Assembly: GCA_937916515.1 (NCBI GenBank)
Contig: CALFSX010000011.1
Coordinates: 5,109-69,108 of the forward strand
Direction: 5' to 3'
DNA from: an uncultured Planctomycetaceae bacterium
GTDB taxonomy: Bacteria > Planctomycetota > Planctomycetia > Planctomycetales > Planctomycetaceae
DNA length: 64,000 bases
Of this stretch, positions 38,487-51,325 are shown in pieces. Both the position numbers and the translations under genes were made by a program. Below the pieces are notes generated by a model that worked only from the letters and a program-made list of their open reading frames with translations, was not told where the DNA came from and did no database searches. The stretch's first letter is position 1; every line of letters starts with the position of its first letter.

Positions 38487-39080
38487 ATGATCTGCACGAC
38501 AAACCTGGAACTCGCAAATCGCACTGCTGAGCTAACCCGCCAACAGCGTCGTTCACAATGTCAGGCAACTGACAGCATGTTCGGGCTGCTGATGTTGTTT
38601 CAGTGGGTGGCTGCAGTTTGGGCGGCATGCTATGTCACGCCTAAAGCATGGGTGGGTGAGGCCGTTTTTCTTCCTCATCAGCATCTATGGACAGCAGTGA
38701 TCTGGGGGGCAACGATTTCCGGCATTCCCCTGCTTCTAACGATCAAATATCCGGGGGCAGCCACCACTCGGCACGTTGTCGCCATATCGCAAATGCTGTT
38801 TTCCGGTTTGCTGATTTATCTCACCGGCGGGCGGCCTGAAACTCACTTCCACGTTTTCGGTTCGCTTGCCTTTCTGGCGTTCTATCGAGACTGGCGGGTT
38901 CTCGTGACGGCTTCGCTGGTGATCACCGCGGACCATTTTTTCAGTGGGATTTACTCAACGCAATCGATTCTGGAAAGCGGTGGCGACGGGGCGTTTCGCT
39001 GTCTTGAGTATTCTGGGTGGATTGTGTTTGAAAACGTGTTTCTGGTGATTTCCTGTCGTCGTGAAATCAGGGAAACCTAG
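38487..39080 (+). CDS. Multi-pass membrane sensor module, normally the N-terminus of a histidine kinase; ends at an in-frame TAG
   Basis: MFGLLMLFQWVAAVW ... GGRPETHFHVFGSLAFLAFYRDWRVLV ... LEYSGWIVFENVFLVISC. I recall this module as the membrane domain fused to planctomycete and cyanobacterial hybrid kinases. It is in the same reading frame as the next ORF. Confidence 0.6.
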   Translation: MICTTNLELANRTAELTRQQRRSQCQATDSMFGLLMLFQWVAAVWAACYVTPKAWVGEAVFLPHQHLWTAVIWGATISGIPLLLTIKYPGAATTRHVVAISQMLFSGLLIYLTGGRPETHFHVFGSLAFLAFYRDWRVLVTASLVITADHFFSGIYSTQSILESGGDGAFRCLEYSGWIVFENVFLVISCRREIRET

Positions 39081-39125
39081 AAGTCGTGCGAACGTCAGGC
39101 TCGACTGGAAAACGCAAATCAGACC

Positions 39126-41525
39126 ATGGAGGCGAAAGTCGCTGCACGTACAGATCAGCTGCTGAAGAAAACTGAAGAGGCAGAGCAACTTGCACTTGTC
39201 GCACAATACACAGACAACGCAGTGGTGATTACGAATGCTTTGGCGCAGATTCAATGGGTGAACGAAGGCTTCATTAGAACTTCTGGATACTCACTGGACG
39301 AGGTGCGAGGCAAATCGCCTGGCAGTTTTCTGCAAGGCCCCAACACGGATATCAACACAATTCAGTACATGCGGCAGCAGTTGTCGCGGGGGCAAGGCTT
39401 TGAAGTTGAGATCGTTAACTACAACAAACAGCAACAACCGTACTGGGTCGTTATTGAGTGCCGTCCAATCTATAACGAACACGGCGACGTGACTCGCTTT
39501 ATTGCCATCGAAAGTGACATTACCGATCGGAAAAAGCGTGAGGAGCAGCTTCGACTTTACAGCAAAGCGTTCACCGAAGCGAATGACGCCATCATCATTT
39601 CAGAAGTTCCGGCTGGCGGAGGCATGGCAAAAATTTTAAGCGTTAATGCCGCGTTTGAAAGAATGACCGGCTACACAAACGCTGAAGTCGTCGGCAGGAA
39701 TCCTCGCATGCTGCAAGGGGCAGGTACTGATCCGGCTGCGCGAGCCAGAATTCGCGATTCACTTAAACGCTGGGCTCCGGTTCGCGAAGAAATGCTGAAC
39801 TACAAAAAGAACGGCGAAGAGTTCTGGGTCGAATTAAATATTGCGCCGCTGGCAAACGAAGCCGGCCAGTTCACTCACTGGGTTTCCGTTCAAAGAAACA
39901 TCACCGAACGTAAACAGCTGGAACGCAATGTTGTTGAACGAACTTTGGAACTTGAAAACGCAAAAGAAAAAGCGGAAACCGCGAATAAACTAAAAAGCGA
40001 ATTTCTGGCGAATATGAGCCACGAAATTCGCACGCCATTAAACGGCGTCATGGGAATGCTTGAATTGTTGATTGGCACTGAGCTGACTGACAAGCAACGA
40101 GGTTACGCTGAAATCAGCCATAACTCAGCAAATACGTTGCTGGCTCTGATTAACGACATTCTGGACTACTCAAAAATTGAAGCCGAACAGCTCACGCTGG
40201 AATCGACTCCGTTTAACCTTCGCAAAATGGCGGAAGAAATTACCGCGATCGCAGCGACTCAGGTGGCCGTTCGTTCAGTGGAAGTTATTCTGGATTATCC
40301 GTCGTCCACGCCATCAGGAGTTGTCGGCGATCCGTTAAGACTTCGGCAGGTCATTACCAACCTGCTTGGCAATGCGATCAAGTTTACAGAATCGGGATAC
40401 ATCGTTGTTGAAATCAACGCTGTCTTAACCGAACAGAAGGAACACTGTTTTCGAATTGCCGTGAGAGACACGGGAGTTGGCATTCCTGAAGAAAAGCAGC
40501 AATACATCTTCGGCAAGTTTGCTCAGGCTGATGGTTCCACCACAAGAAAGTACGGTGGCACTGGGTTGGGGCTGGCGATCAGTCAGCACCTGGTCAGGCT
40601 CATGGGCGGTCGAATTCATCTTAACAGTGAAGTCGGGCACGGTTCTGAATTTGCGTTCCACGTGTCCATGCCGGAAGCTGACGTTTCAGAATCAGAAGTT
40701 TTTCCAATGGCCAGTCTAAGCCAGGCAAGGCTGTTGGTGGTTGACGACCTGAAGATTAATCGGCTGATTTTAATGGAACAGCTGCAAGGGAAAGTTCAGC
40801 ACATTGAGGCTGTGGATTCGGGACAGAAAGCACTGGAAAAACTCCGCAAAGCGGCTGCTGCAGGAAGCCCATACAATATCGCAATTATCGACCAGCAAAT
40901 GCCTGAAATGTGTGGTGAAACGCTGGCGTTCAAAATCAGCACCAGCAATGAAATTCCAACGCTGGGCATGATTCTGCTGTCTTCCAATGGGACTGATGGC
41001 ATACCAGCCGACGTTGGATTTAGCGAGCGGCTTGTTAAACCAACCGCACATCGTGTGTTGCTTAAGGTGATTGGTACGGTGCTGGCAAAAGTTAATAAGA
41101 CCAGTGCGTTGCCAAAATCGGCGGACAATGTTGAGCCGGCATTTCAATCACTACGTAAAGTTCTTCTGGCCGACGACAATGTCATCAACCAGTTGGTCGG
41201 CAAAGAGGCCTTGGAACGGCTTGGCTGTGACGTGACTGTTGTCAAAAACGGAAAGACCGCCTTGAATGCGTTGCAGTCTGATTCGTTTGAGATGATCTTT
41301 ATGGATTGCCAAATGCCGGTGATGGACGGCTATGAGGCAACGCGTTTACTAAGAAGCCATGAAAACGCTTCGAATCGAATTCCCGTAATTGCGCTGACAG
41401 CCAATGCTTTGGCGGGAGATCGCGAAAACTGCATGGCAGCCGGAATGGATGACTATCTGCCGAAGCCATTCGGGCTGACAGAATTGCAGGAAATCATCAA
41501 CAAATGGGGCAGGCCCGTGAGCTAG
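39126..41525 (+). CDS. Hybrid sensor histidine kinase: signalling helix, 2 PAS, HisKA, HATPase_c, 2 receiver domains
   Basis: PAS blocks (VVITNALAQIQWVNEGFIRTSGY; IIISEV...ILSVNAAFERMTGY). H-box FLANMSHEIRTPLNG. N/G boxes (LLGNAIKFT, DTGVGIP, GGTGLGLAI). Receivers LLVVDDLKINR...IIDQQMPEM and VLLADDNVINQ...IFMDCQMPVMDG...KP. Confidence 0.9.
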   Translation: MEAKVAARTDQLLKKTEEAEQLALVAQYTDNAVVITNALAQIQWVNEGFIRTSGYSLDEVRGKSPGSFLQGPNTDINTIQYMRQQLSRGQGFEVEIVNYNKQQQPYWVVIECRPIYNEHGDVTRFIAIESDITDRKKREEQLRLYSKAFTEANDAIIISEVPAGGGMAKILSVNAAFERMTGYTNAEVVGRNPRMLQGAGTDPAARARIRDSLKRWAPVREEMLNYKKNGEEFWVELNIAPLANEAGQFTHWVSVQRNITERKQLERNVVERTLELENAKEKAETANKLKSEFLANMSHEIRTPLNGVMGMLELLIGTELTDKQRGYAEISHNSANTLLALINDILDYSKIEAEQLTLESTPFNLRKMAEEITAIAATQVAVRSVEVILDYPSSTPSGVVGDPLRLRQVITNLLGNAIKFTESGYIVVEINAVLTEQKEHCFRIAVRDTGVGIPEEKQQYIFGKFAQADGSTTRKYGGTGLGLAISQHLVRLMGGRIHLNSEVGHGSEFAFHVSMPEADVSESEVFPMASLSQARLLVVDDLKINRLILMEQLQGKVQHIEAVDSGQKALEKLRKAAAAGSPYNIAIIDQQMPEMCGETLAFKISTSNEIPTLGMILLSSNGTDGIPADVGFSERLVKPTAHRVLLKVIGTVLAKVNKTSALPKSADNVEPAFQSLRKVLLADDNVINQLVGKEALERLGCDVTVVKNGKTALNALQSDSFEMIFMDCQMPVMDGYEATRLLRSHENASNRIPVIALTANALAGDRENCMAAGMDDYLPKPFGLTELQEIINKWGRPVS

Positions 41526-41851
41526 CGAAGAAGGGGCGACATCCCTGCCCCATTGAAAGAAACGCCGCAAATCATCAGCCGGGCGGGCCAGAGAGACTTC
41601 GTATCTTTGAAAACGAAGATCAATACCACCAAACGCGGTAAAATCCTATGATTCGCGTGAGCCCGCTACACTCCAGACGTCCTGACTTCCTGACCAGCAC
41701 CCAGCGGGCTGTTGATTTCAGATTCAACCTGTGGCAGCAGTGTTGTTTTGGCGCAGACGACGTCGCCCAATGCGTATTCGCACCAAGGTGACAGGGCTCG
41801 AAAAGCGATCAGATCAACAAGCTCATTCAAAACCGGAAGCGCCGGACGTCA

Positions 41852-44800
41852 ATGGTCGAAACAAACATTTCTGAATTCATAAATAACCTGGAAACCAGCC
41901 AGTTACTTTCTGCTGCGCAGATCGCTTCGCTTAAAAAACAAACGGCTGGCAGCAACATCAACGTTGAAAATCTTGCCAACGTTTTGGTCAGCCAAAACCA
42001 CCTGACCAACTGGCAGGCTCGACAGCTGATGAAAGGTCAGACTGGTTTTTTACTTAACCAATATCGCCTGACAAATCCGATTGGTCGTGGCGGAATGGGG
42101 CACGTTTTTCGAGGTGTGAATTCTCGCACCAACGATGTTGTGGCTGTAAAAGTCATGGCAAAAAAACTGCTCGGCAACAAGGCACTGGTGTCTCGGTTTC
42201 GTCGAGAAATTCGCGCCAACGCGAAGCTGAACAGTCCGCACGTTGTCAGATCACTGGATGCTGGGCGAGTCGGTAAGACGGATTTCATGGTGATGGAATA
42301 CGTCAACGGCGATCAGGTTGATCGTATGGTCAGCCGTATCGGGCGATTGCCCGTGGGATTGGCCTGTGAAATCGTTCGACAGGTCGCCGTTGGATTGCAG
42401 CATGCTCACGAACATCAAATGGTTCATCGAGACATCAAGCCCGGCAACATGATGGTGCATTGGTCGGCAGCCGACGAAGGTATCGTTAAGCTGATGGACA
42501 TGGGGCTGGTTCTGCTTAACGAAGACGATGCCGACGAAAAAACCGTCACTCGCGCTGGGCAGGTGATGGGGACTCCCGACTATATGTCGCCAGAACAGGG
42601 GTGGGACACAACTCAGGTGGATATCCGCAGTGATATCTACAGCCTCGGTTGCACTTTGTATCGACTGTTGTCTGGCACCGTTCCATTCATGGGCACAAAT
42701 CCGTTGCAGGTGCTAAGCCAGCGACTTCAACGCGATGCTCCTTCGATTCGCACCGTTTGCGATGATATTCCTCAGCCGGTGGCCGACATCGTTTCAAAGA
42801 TGACGGCTCGCGACCCTAACGCTCGCTATCAGCAACCACACGAACTGGCGTCAGCGTTGCTGCCATTTTGCGAGACACTTACCAAAGCTGCCGTGAAGTC
42901 CGCAGCGCTGAAAAATGGTGCCGGGGCGTCCGTTGTTCAGGAGGATTCGAACTCCAATGAAATCGATGAAAGCGACGGGACCTACCAGCAGTTTCTGAAA
43001 GAGATTCAGGAAGGCAGCCACGTTGACTTAATGAATTCCACGGAAAACGGAGATGATGCCGGCGTTTCCACAATTCCAAATCTGAAAGTCCACGATTCGT
43101 CGCCGGCGATCCGCAATCGTGAGTATTCTTCGGGGCCTAAGCGCGGTCAGAAGACAGCCTTTGTTGTTATGGGTGTTATGGGAATCGTGATTGCCGCGCT
43201 CGCGATGTTTCTGATTAATCATACTGATACGCCCGTTGAACCGCTGACAATAAATCATCAACCGCCCAAGCTCAAAATACCAACGGCGACGATCAACGAC
43301 ACTGAATTTGTAAGTGCCAGAACGGGTGAACTCTGGACTCACAAACTGGAAGCCGATATTTCGGATACCAATACAAACGCCCGCTTCATACTTGGAAATT
43401 CGGCTCCTCTGGAAATGCAGATCGATGCCGCAACGGGAGAGATCACATGGCCGGTGCCGAGCCAGCAAACGTTAACGTCCTATACGATTCCTGTGCAGCT
43501 TGTGTGCGACGTTGATGGCAACGAACACGTCATCGCGGAGAAAACGTTTTCTGTTGCAGTTGTGAAAGGGTTCGACACGCTGCAGTTTCCTGAACTGGAA
43601 CTTGTGATTGCACCGCCGGAAGAACCAATTCAACTTTCGGTAGCGGTTGATTCCGCTGATGGGGAATCGTTCGACCTGAGTTACAAATTCGAGAGTCGTG
43701 TTCCAGCAACGATGACAATTGACGCCAAAACAGGGCTCATCCAGTGGACGCCGACTGTTTCCGACCTGGGGCGACACTCCCTGGATGTTGCGGTCTACGA
43801 TACTGCAAATCCGGCGTCAAAAAAGTCAACGAAGATCCCGTTCGTTGTCGTGCCAAGTCGCATTGAACATGTTCTGCCAGCGATACCTCCGCAAAAAGCA
43901 ATCGCTGGAACGCTGTTTGAGTTTTCATTCCCTGAGTTGCCTCTACCGCGAATGTCGCGAGGTTCTCGCATGGGGCTTGATCTTGTGATCACGCTCGGCC
44001 CGGATGCACCAGTGGGAGCAACAATCGATGCTGTTTCGCAGAAGCTGTCCTGGAATATTCCTGCAGACATTCGTGGTCTTGTGAAGATTCCTTTAACTGC
44101 CAGCTTTGAGTTGGGGCCACTTAATAGAGTGAGAAAAATGGATGGAGTTGCCATTCTGGAGATCGATGTCACGGAGCCGACAACCACGCCAACAGTAACG
44201 CTGCCATCCGAAGCTGAAATTGCCAAAGCACGCGAAAAACTGCAGGAAACGTACAGCAAGTCTATCGCTCAGGCCAGAACCACCACCGACAAGGCAGAAC
44301 TGGCGAATAGGTTGCTGGAACAATCGTTTTATGCAGATCACAGCGCGACTGATGCAGCTTTATTGCAACTGATCGAACAGGAAATCGCGATCAAGGCCAG
44401 GGCGGGCGACGTACTTCTGGAAATCGGACGCATAAGAGCCGCCAGGTACGGGACCAGCGAACTGGATGCGGCAGTGAAGATTGTTGATGAGTTCCGTAAG
44501 ACTGGACTAAGCCAACGCCAGCAGGATCTGATTACCGAACATTGCATGCGGCTGGCGAAATTGGCGGCTGCCGACAAACGAATCGGGCTGACCGAAGATC
44601 TGCTGCATTGCGTGACAACATTGCTGGGCCGCAGCTCTCAGGGTGCCGCAGCGCAGTTTGCCAATGATGTGAATTCCGCTGAGAAAATTGCCATTGAACT
44701 TAACAAGGCCACTGACGGTGTGGTTGATGAATTCAAGCTGAACGAACTTAATCGACTGATTGATCGTTGGCAGTTTCAACGATTGTTTATGCCAGCGTCT

Positions 44801-45346
44801 TCATTCGTGTATGCTCAACTGACGTCAGATACCACCGTACCTGTGTTGCCGGGCAACGGGCGAGATCGCTGGAAGTTCGACAAAGAACGACTAAGCCTGA
44901 ATTCGGAAACTGAACCTCTGATTTTGGCTGTCGTGGATCGCACATTGTTGTCTGATCGTTTTGTTTTTCGATTTGAAGTCGAACAGGGCACAACTTCCAC
45001 CCAGCTTTTGTTTGGGGCGACTGGTGCCAATAACAGCTTTTCCGCGTACCGACTGACTCTTGACGCATCCGGACCTGGACAGATTCAGGCTTTGAATTCC
45101 AGCCAATTTCTAACCGACCCTGCAAGAATTACGGCACCAAGTGTCTATCCCGACCAGCGAAATCTGGTTGAACTTGTTGTTGATGGGCCAACTGTTGCCG
45201 TGCGAATTAACGGTGCCATGGTGTCTCAGGCAAATATTCCGGAATTGCCACCTGGACAGTTGGGCATCGCTGCCGACCTGAGATCTGCGAATCCTAAACT
45301 GTTTATCAGAAATCCACGCGTTTTGCAGATGCCTAAGCGAGAATAA
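41852..45346 (+). CDS. Receptor-like Ser/Thr kinase: kinase, TM, three He_PIG/cadherin-like Ig repeats, helical region, ConA/LamG-like (DUF1080-like) C-terminal domain
   Basis: Kinase motifs GRGGMGHVF, VAVK, HRDIKPGNMM, and DMG in place of DFG. TM segment AFVVMGVMGIVIAALAMFLI. Repeats contain IDAATGEITWPVP, IDAKTGLIQWTPTVSDLG and IDAVSQKLSWNIP. The beta-rich C-terminus has VFRFEVE...LLFGA...YRLTLD...VAVRINGAMV. Confidence 0.85.
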   Translation: MVETNISEFINNLETSQLLSAAQIASLKKQTAGSNINVENLANVLVSQNHLTNWQARQLMKGQTGFLLNQYRLTNPIGRGGMGHVFRGVNSRTNDVVAVKVMAKKLLGNKALVSRFRREIRANAKLNSPHVVRSLDAGRVGKTDFMVMEYVNGDQVDRMVSRIGRLPVGLACEIVRQVAVGLQHAHEHQMVHRDIKPGNMMVHWSAADEGIVKLMDMGLVLLNEDDADEKTVTRAGQVMGTPDYMSPEQGWDTTQVDIRSDIYSLGCTLYRLLSGTVPFMGTNPLQVLSQRLQRDAPSIRTVCDDIPQPVADIVSKMTARDPNARYQQPHELASALLPFCETLTKAAVKSAALKNGAGASVVQEDSNSNEIDESDGTYQQFLKEIQEGSHVDLMNSTENGDDAGVSTIPNLKVHDSSPAIRNREYSSGPKRGQKTAFVVMGVMGIVIAALAMFLINHTDTPVEPLTINHQPPKLKIPTATINDTEFVSARTGELWTHKLEADISDTNTNARFILGNSAPLEMQIDAATGEITWPVPSQQTLTSYTIPVQLVCDVDGNEHVIAEKTFSVAVVKGFDTLQFPELELVIAPPEEPIQLSVAVDSADGESFDLSYKFESRVPATMTIDAKTGLIQWTPTVSDLGRHSLDVAVYDTANPASKKSTKIPFVVVPSRIEHVLPAIPPQKAIAGTLFEFSFPELPLPRMSRGSRMGLDLVITLGPDAPVGATIDAVSQKLSWNIPADIRGLVKIPLTASFELGPLNRVRKMDGVAILEIDVTEPTTTPTVTLPSEAEIAKAREKLQETYSKSIAQARTTTDKAELANRLLEQSFYADHSATDAALLQLIEQEIAIKARAGDVLLEIGRIRAARYGTSELDAAVKIVDEFRKTGLSQRQQDLITEHCMRLAKLAAADKRIGLTEDLLHCVTTLLGRSSQGAAAQFANDVNSAEKIAIELNKATDGVVDEFKLNELNRLIDRWQFQRLFMPASSFVYAQLTSDTTVPVLPGNGRDRWKFDKERLSLNSETEPLILAVVDRTLLSDRFVFRFEVEQGTTSTQLLFGATGANNSFSAYRLTLDASGPGQIQALNSSQFLTDPARITAPSVYPDQRNLVELVVDGPTVAVRINGAMVSQANIPELPPGQLGIAADLRSANPKLFIRNPRVLQMPKRE

Positions 45347-45499
45347 CGAAGCCTCAATCTTCGTTGTACTACGCGCGGAACGCATGAATCGCTTTCGCGG
45401 GAATTCCGTGATTCCCCGACGCGACTTGCTTGTGAGCGGCGTTGCATGTCAGCTATCGTCGAACACTCTGCTTGCTGTTTTTGACGGATAGATCCATTC

Positions 45500-48193
<2,694 letters not shown>

Positions 48194-48231
48194 TTCACTG
48201 CAGCGTTCATCACGACGTCAGCTAACGCAGA

Positions 48232-48287
48232 GTGGGCATTGCCCACCAATTCAATGGTAATGCTCTGGCTGGTGGGCAGTGCCCACC
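48232..48287. repeat. Twin GTGGGCA-N-TGCCCAC palindromes between convergent genes
   Basis: GTGGGCATTGCCCAC (48232-48246) and GGTGGGCAGTGCCCACC (48271-48287). They lie between the stop of the GH63-like gene (48193) and the stop of the minus-strand kinase (48317). Confidence 0.7.
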
Positions 48288-48316
48288 ATACGGCGAATTC
48301 GTCAACTCAGATGACA

Positions 48317-51070
48317 CTATTCGTCAACAGCGACCGACTTTGTAACCGGCGGTTTGATGACAACTGTTGCGCTGTCGGGGAATTCCGGTAAGATGCTGGT
48401 GTCGACTCCCGGCATGCTGCCATCTTTGCTTAAGTGATGCAGAAAATTTGAATCAATTGAGAATTTGAACTTGGCTCGATTCAGGCGAAAGTCGGCTGGA
48501 GAAACAGAAGCCAGATCCGTGGGCATCAGGCCTGACAATGGTTCGGGGCTTTCCCAGACGATGGTTTCAAATTCCTCCGGATCGTCTTCCTGAGTACCCG
48601 TAATACGAGACCAGTGGTCCTGCCAGTCGTCAAAGGAAAGCTCAGTCGTCATTCTGTCAAACGCGCCACTTTCCAATCTCCAATAGACGCCCATCTGATG
48701 ATAGAAATCGTGAGTTCCGTGCCAGCGAAACAGTTCCTGAAGTTCATCCAGATAGAAATTGCCTTCGCTTTTCACCAGCACTCCATTTGGTTTCAGCGAC
48801 GCAAAAACACACGAACGGCTAAATACGGAAAGTTGGGGAACGGTTCGTTCTGGAGTGTCACCGTCAAGCGAATCGCTGTCGGCCATTCGGAAACTGGGGC
48901 GTGAACAAATACTGGTTGTGTGACGGATGTCAGCCGTGAAGTCGCCCTGCAAAACCATGGCATTGCTGCCAACGTTGTCCACAAGAGAGCCATCCAGTGC
49001 AAAGAAACTGTGTTCTGCAGAAAGTTGCCCCATCGCTTGTCCGGCAATGCGAACAAGGTCACAGCCTCCGCGGACAGCACAGTTCTCAATGCTGATTGAA
49101 CACTGGTCTTTGTTGGAGTTTCCCGCTTTGGAATCGGGCAGGCGAAAAATGGATGTCCGGATATTCGCCGGATTATTCACTTCAATTGTGCAGTCACTTA
49201 GCTCAATTCGATTTGCGCCGTCAAATTCAAACAGCGACCATTCCGCAGTGGAAACTTCCGGCATGACTTTCACAACCAGGTGAACTCCCACGATCTTCAG
49301 ATTCAGGTTATTGGTGAGCTGAACCAATCTGCCAGGATCGTTTGCCGCGCCGGAAGCCTTAAGGTCGTCTCCTCGAAATTCAAGTACCGGTGATTTGCCT
49401 TCCGCCGCACGAATCGTCAGGATTTTGGGCTCGCCATACAGTGACTGCAGGCAACGCGTGGGAGTGTCCAAACGCCCATCGAAATCCAGAATGATTTCGT
49501 CGCCTGGGCTGGCCTGGCCCCACGCTAAGGCGAGGCTGCTGAAGGTTTTGGCATTTCCGCCAACAGACTCAACTCGAAACAACCCATTACCGATTTGTTG
49601 AGTCTTTAGGACAGGCGTATCGTCGGTCTTTCCGGCGTTCGTTACCGGCGGTGTCAGAGTTGCCTGGGCGTTATCTGGTGGCACTGGCACGACGTCTGCA
49701 ATTTGCGCTGTACTGGTGTTTTCAGGACCATTCGCGGCCATTTCTTGAGTAACGTCAACTACGCCGTTCGATTCGCCGGAGTTACCGGAACTGCTGCCGT
49801 TTGACGTGACCACAGCAGCGTCGACCGGCAACATCGCGTTTAAAATCCGCTCCGTTTCGGCGTCGGATTTATCCAAACCGCTGGGCGAAAAATGCATAAT
49901 TAATGCAGTGACACAAATGGCTAAAATCGTGGTTGCAACAAGAACGGTGCTCGCAACTTCACGGGTTCGTCGAATGGGAATGCGTCGCCACACAATGCCT
50001 TCTGCGGGCACACTGCGAAGTCCCATGTGTGACGCAATGGAAATCAGGTCGGCCAGCAACTGTCCAGGATCCTGATAACGAGCATCAGCATCGGTGTTCA
50101 TCATCTTTTGCACGACCGCCGAAACGGCGACCGGCACATCCGGAGCGATCGCTCGTGCATCGGGAGGCGCCTTACCCTGATGGTCCAGCAGCTTTTGTAA
50201 GGCGGTGCCTTCCGGATAAGGCGGCTGTCCCGTCAGCATGTGATAGACCGTGCAACCCAGCGAATAAATGTCGCTGCGAGTGTCCGCGGTTCTGGGATCG
50301 CGGGCCTGTTCCGGAGCGATATAGTCAAACGTCCCCAGCGTGGTGCCAGCCACTGTCAGGTCGCCGATGGAATCGGTGGTGTCTCGCCGAGCCAACCCCA
50401 GGTCGACCACTTTGATGCGACCGGCCTGAGTCAGAATAATGTTCGACGGCTTGATGTCTCGATGAACAACGCCGCACGCGTTGATGTGGTTAAGTGCCAG
50501 AGTTGCCTGAATGGCATAGTTCACGGTTTCTTCAGGCGTCAGTCGACCTTTCTGGTCGATTAGTTGTTTGATTGTGAAACCATCAGCGTACTCGTAGGCG
50601 ATGTAGTGTACGCCGTCATGGTCGCCCGCAAAAAATACGCGAGCAACATTGTCGTGGTTAAGCTGAGCACACGCGCGAGCTTCGTTGCGAAATCGCGAGA
50701 CCAGCGCCGGGTCGGCGGCAGTTTGCGGGTGCAAAACCTTTAACGCGACATATCGTGATAGCTCCAGATCGACCGCTCGAAATACGGCCCCCATTCCGCC
50801 GGACCCGATTCGTTCGTCCACTTCAAAATGGCCGATTCGCAGGCTGTGTTCGCTGTTGGGAGCATCCGGGCCGGCGAATAGTCGATCACGAATTTCCTGA
50901 GCCGTCGAAGACAGCTTGATTGACGCCAACGCATGCGAATGCTTTGAATCTCCCAATCCAGTACTGACAACCGTATTTTCTTCGTCTGCGATAAGCGGCC
51001 GGTCCAGCAGTGGAACTTCCACCGGGACTGACGGGGTCGAATCAAGTTCGGCACTCGAATGCTGAGTCAT
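48317..51070 (-). CDS. Receptor-like Ser/Thr kinase with TM segment and a large extracytoplasmic domain (possible parallel beta-helix)
   Basis: Kinase motifs GSGGMGAVF, VALK, HRDIKPSNI, DLG in place of DFG, and APEQ. TM segment VLVATTILAICVTALIM. The C-terminal roughly 450 aa show periodic hydrophobic/Asn/Gly patterning (NNLNLKIVGVHLVV; IELSDCTIEVNN; ISIENCAVRGG). Confidence 0.85.
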   Translation of the reverse strand: MTQHSSAELDSTPSVPVEVPLLDRPLIADEENTVVSTGLGDSKHSHALASIKLSSTAQEIRDRLFAGPDAPNSEHSLRIGHFEVDERIGSGGMGAVFRAVDLELSRYVALKVLHPQTAADPALVSRFRNEARACAQLNHDNVARVFFAGDHDGVHYIAYEYADGFTIKQLIDQKGRLTPEETVNYAIQATLALNHINACGVVHRDIKPSNIILTQAGRIKVVDLGLARRDTTDSIGDLTVAGTTLGTFDYIAPEQARDPRTADTRSDIYSLGCTVYHMLTGQPPYPEGTALQKLLDHQGKAPPDARAIAPDVPVAVSAVVQKMMNTDADARYQDPGQLLADLISIASHMGLRSVPAEGIVWRRIPIRRTREVASTVLVATTILAICVTALIMHFSPSGLDKSDAETERILNAMLPVDAAVVTSNGSSSGNSGESNGVVDVTQEMAANGPENTSTAQIADVVPVPPDNAQATLTPPVTNAGKTDDTPVLKTQQIGNGLFRVESVGGNAKTFSSLALAWGQASPGDEIILDFDGRLDTPTRCLQSLYGEPKILTIRAAEGKSPVLEFRGDDLKASGAANDPGRLVQLTNNLNLKIVGVHLVVKVMPEVSTAEWSLFEFDGANRIELSDCTIEVNNPANIRTSIFRLPDSKAGNSNKDQCSISIENCAVRGGCDLVRIAGQAMGQLSAEHSFFALDGSLVDNVGSNAMVLQGDFTADIRHTTSICSRPSFRMADSDSLDGDTPERTVPQLSVFSRSCVFASLKPNGVLVKSEGNFYLDELQELFRWHGTHDFYHQMGVYWRLESGAFDRMTTELSFDDWQDHWSRITGTQEDDPEEFETIVWESPEPLSGLMPTDLASVSPADFRLNRAKFKFSIDSNFLHHLSKDGSMPGVDTSILPEFPDSATVVIKPPVTKSVAVDE

Positions 51071-51325
51071 GAATCACCGCGAACACGGCGGACAGAAGAT
51101 GGGATGGAACGATCAAAGAAGCAACAAACCACGGAATTCAGGTTGCGTTGAACGCGTAAAAGGATACGGAAATCGATCCTAAGATCGGCAGCTTTGCCGA
51201 CAATCATACTCCGAACACATGGCATGGTCAAAAAATCCTGTCCAGCGAACGCCCCAGGATCAGAAACTTTACGCCATCACTTTATGAGGATCGTAAGTAT
51301 TCTAGTCATTCGGGGCGACCAGGCC

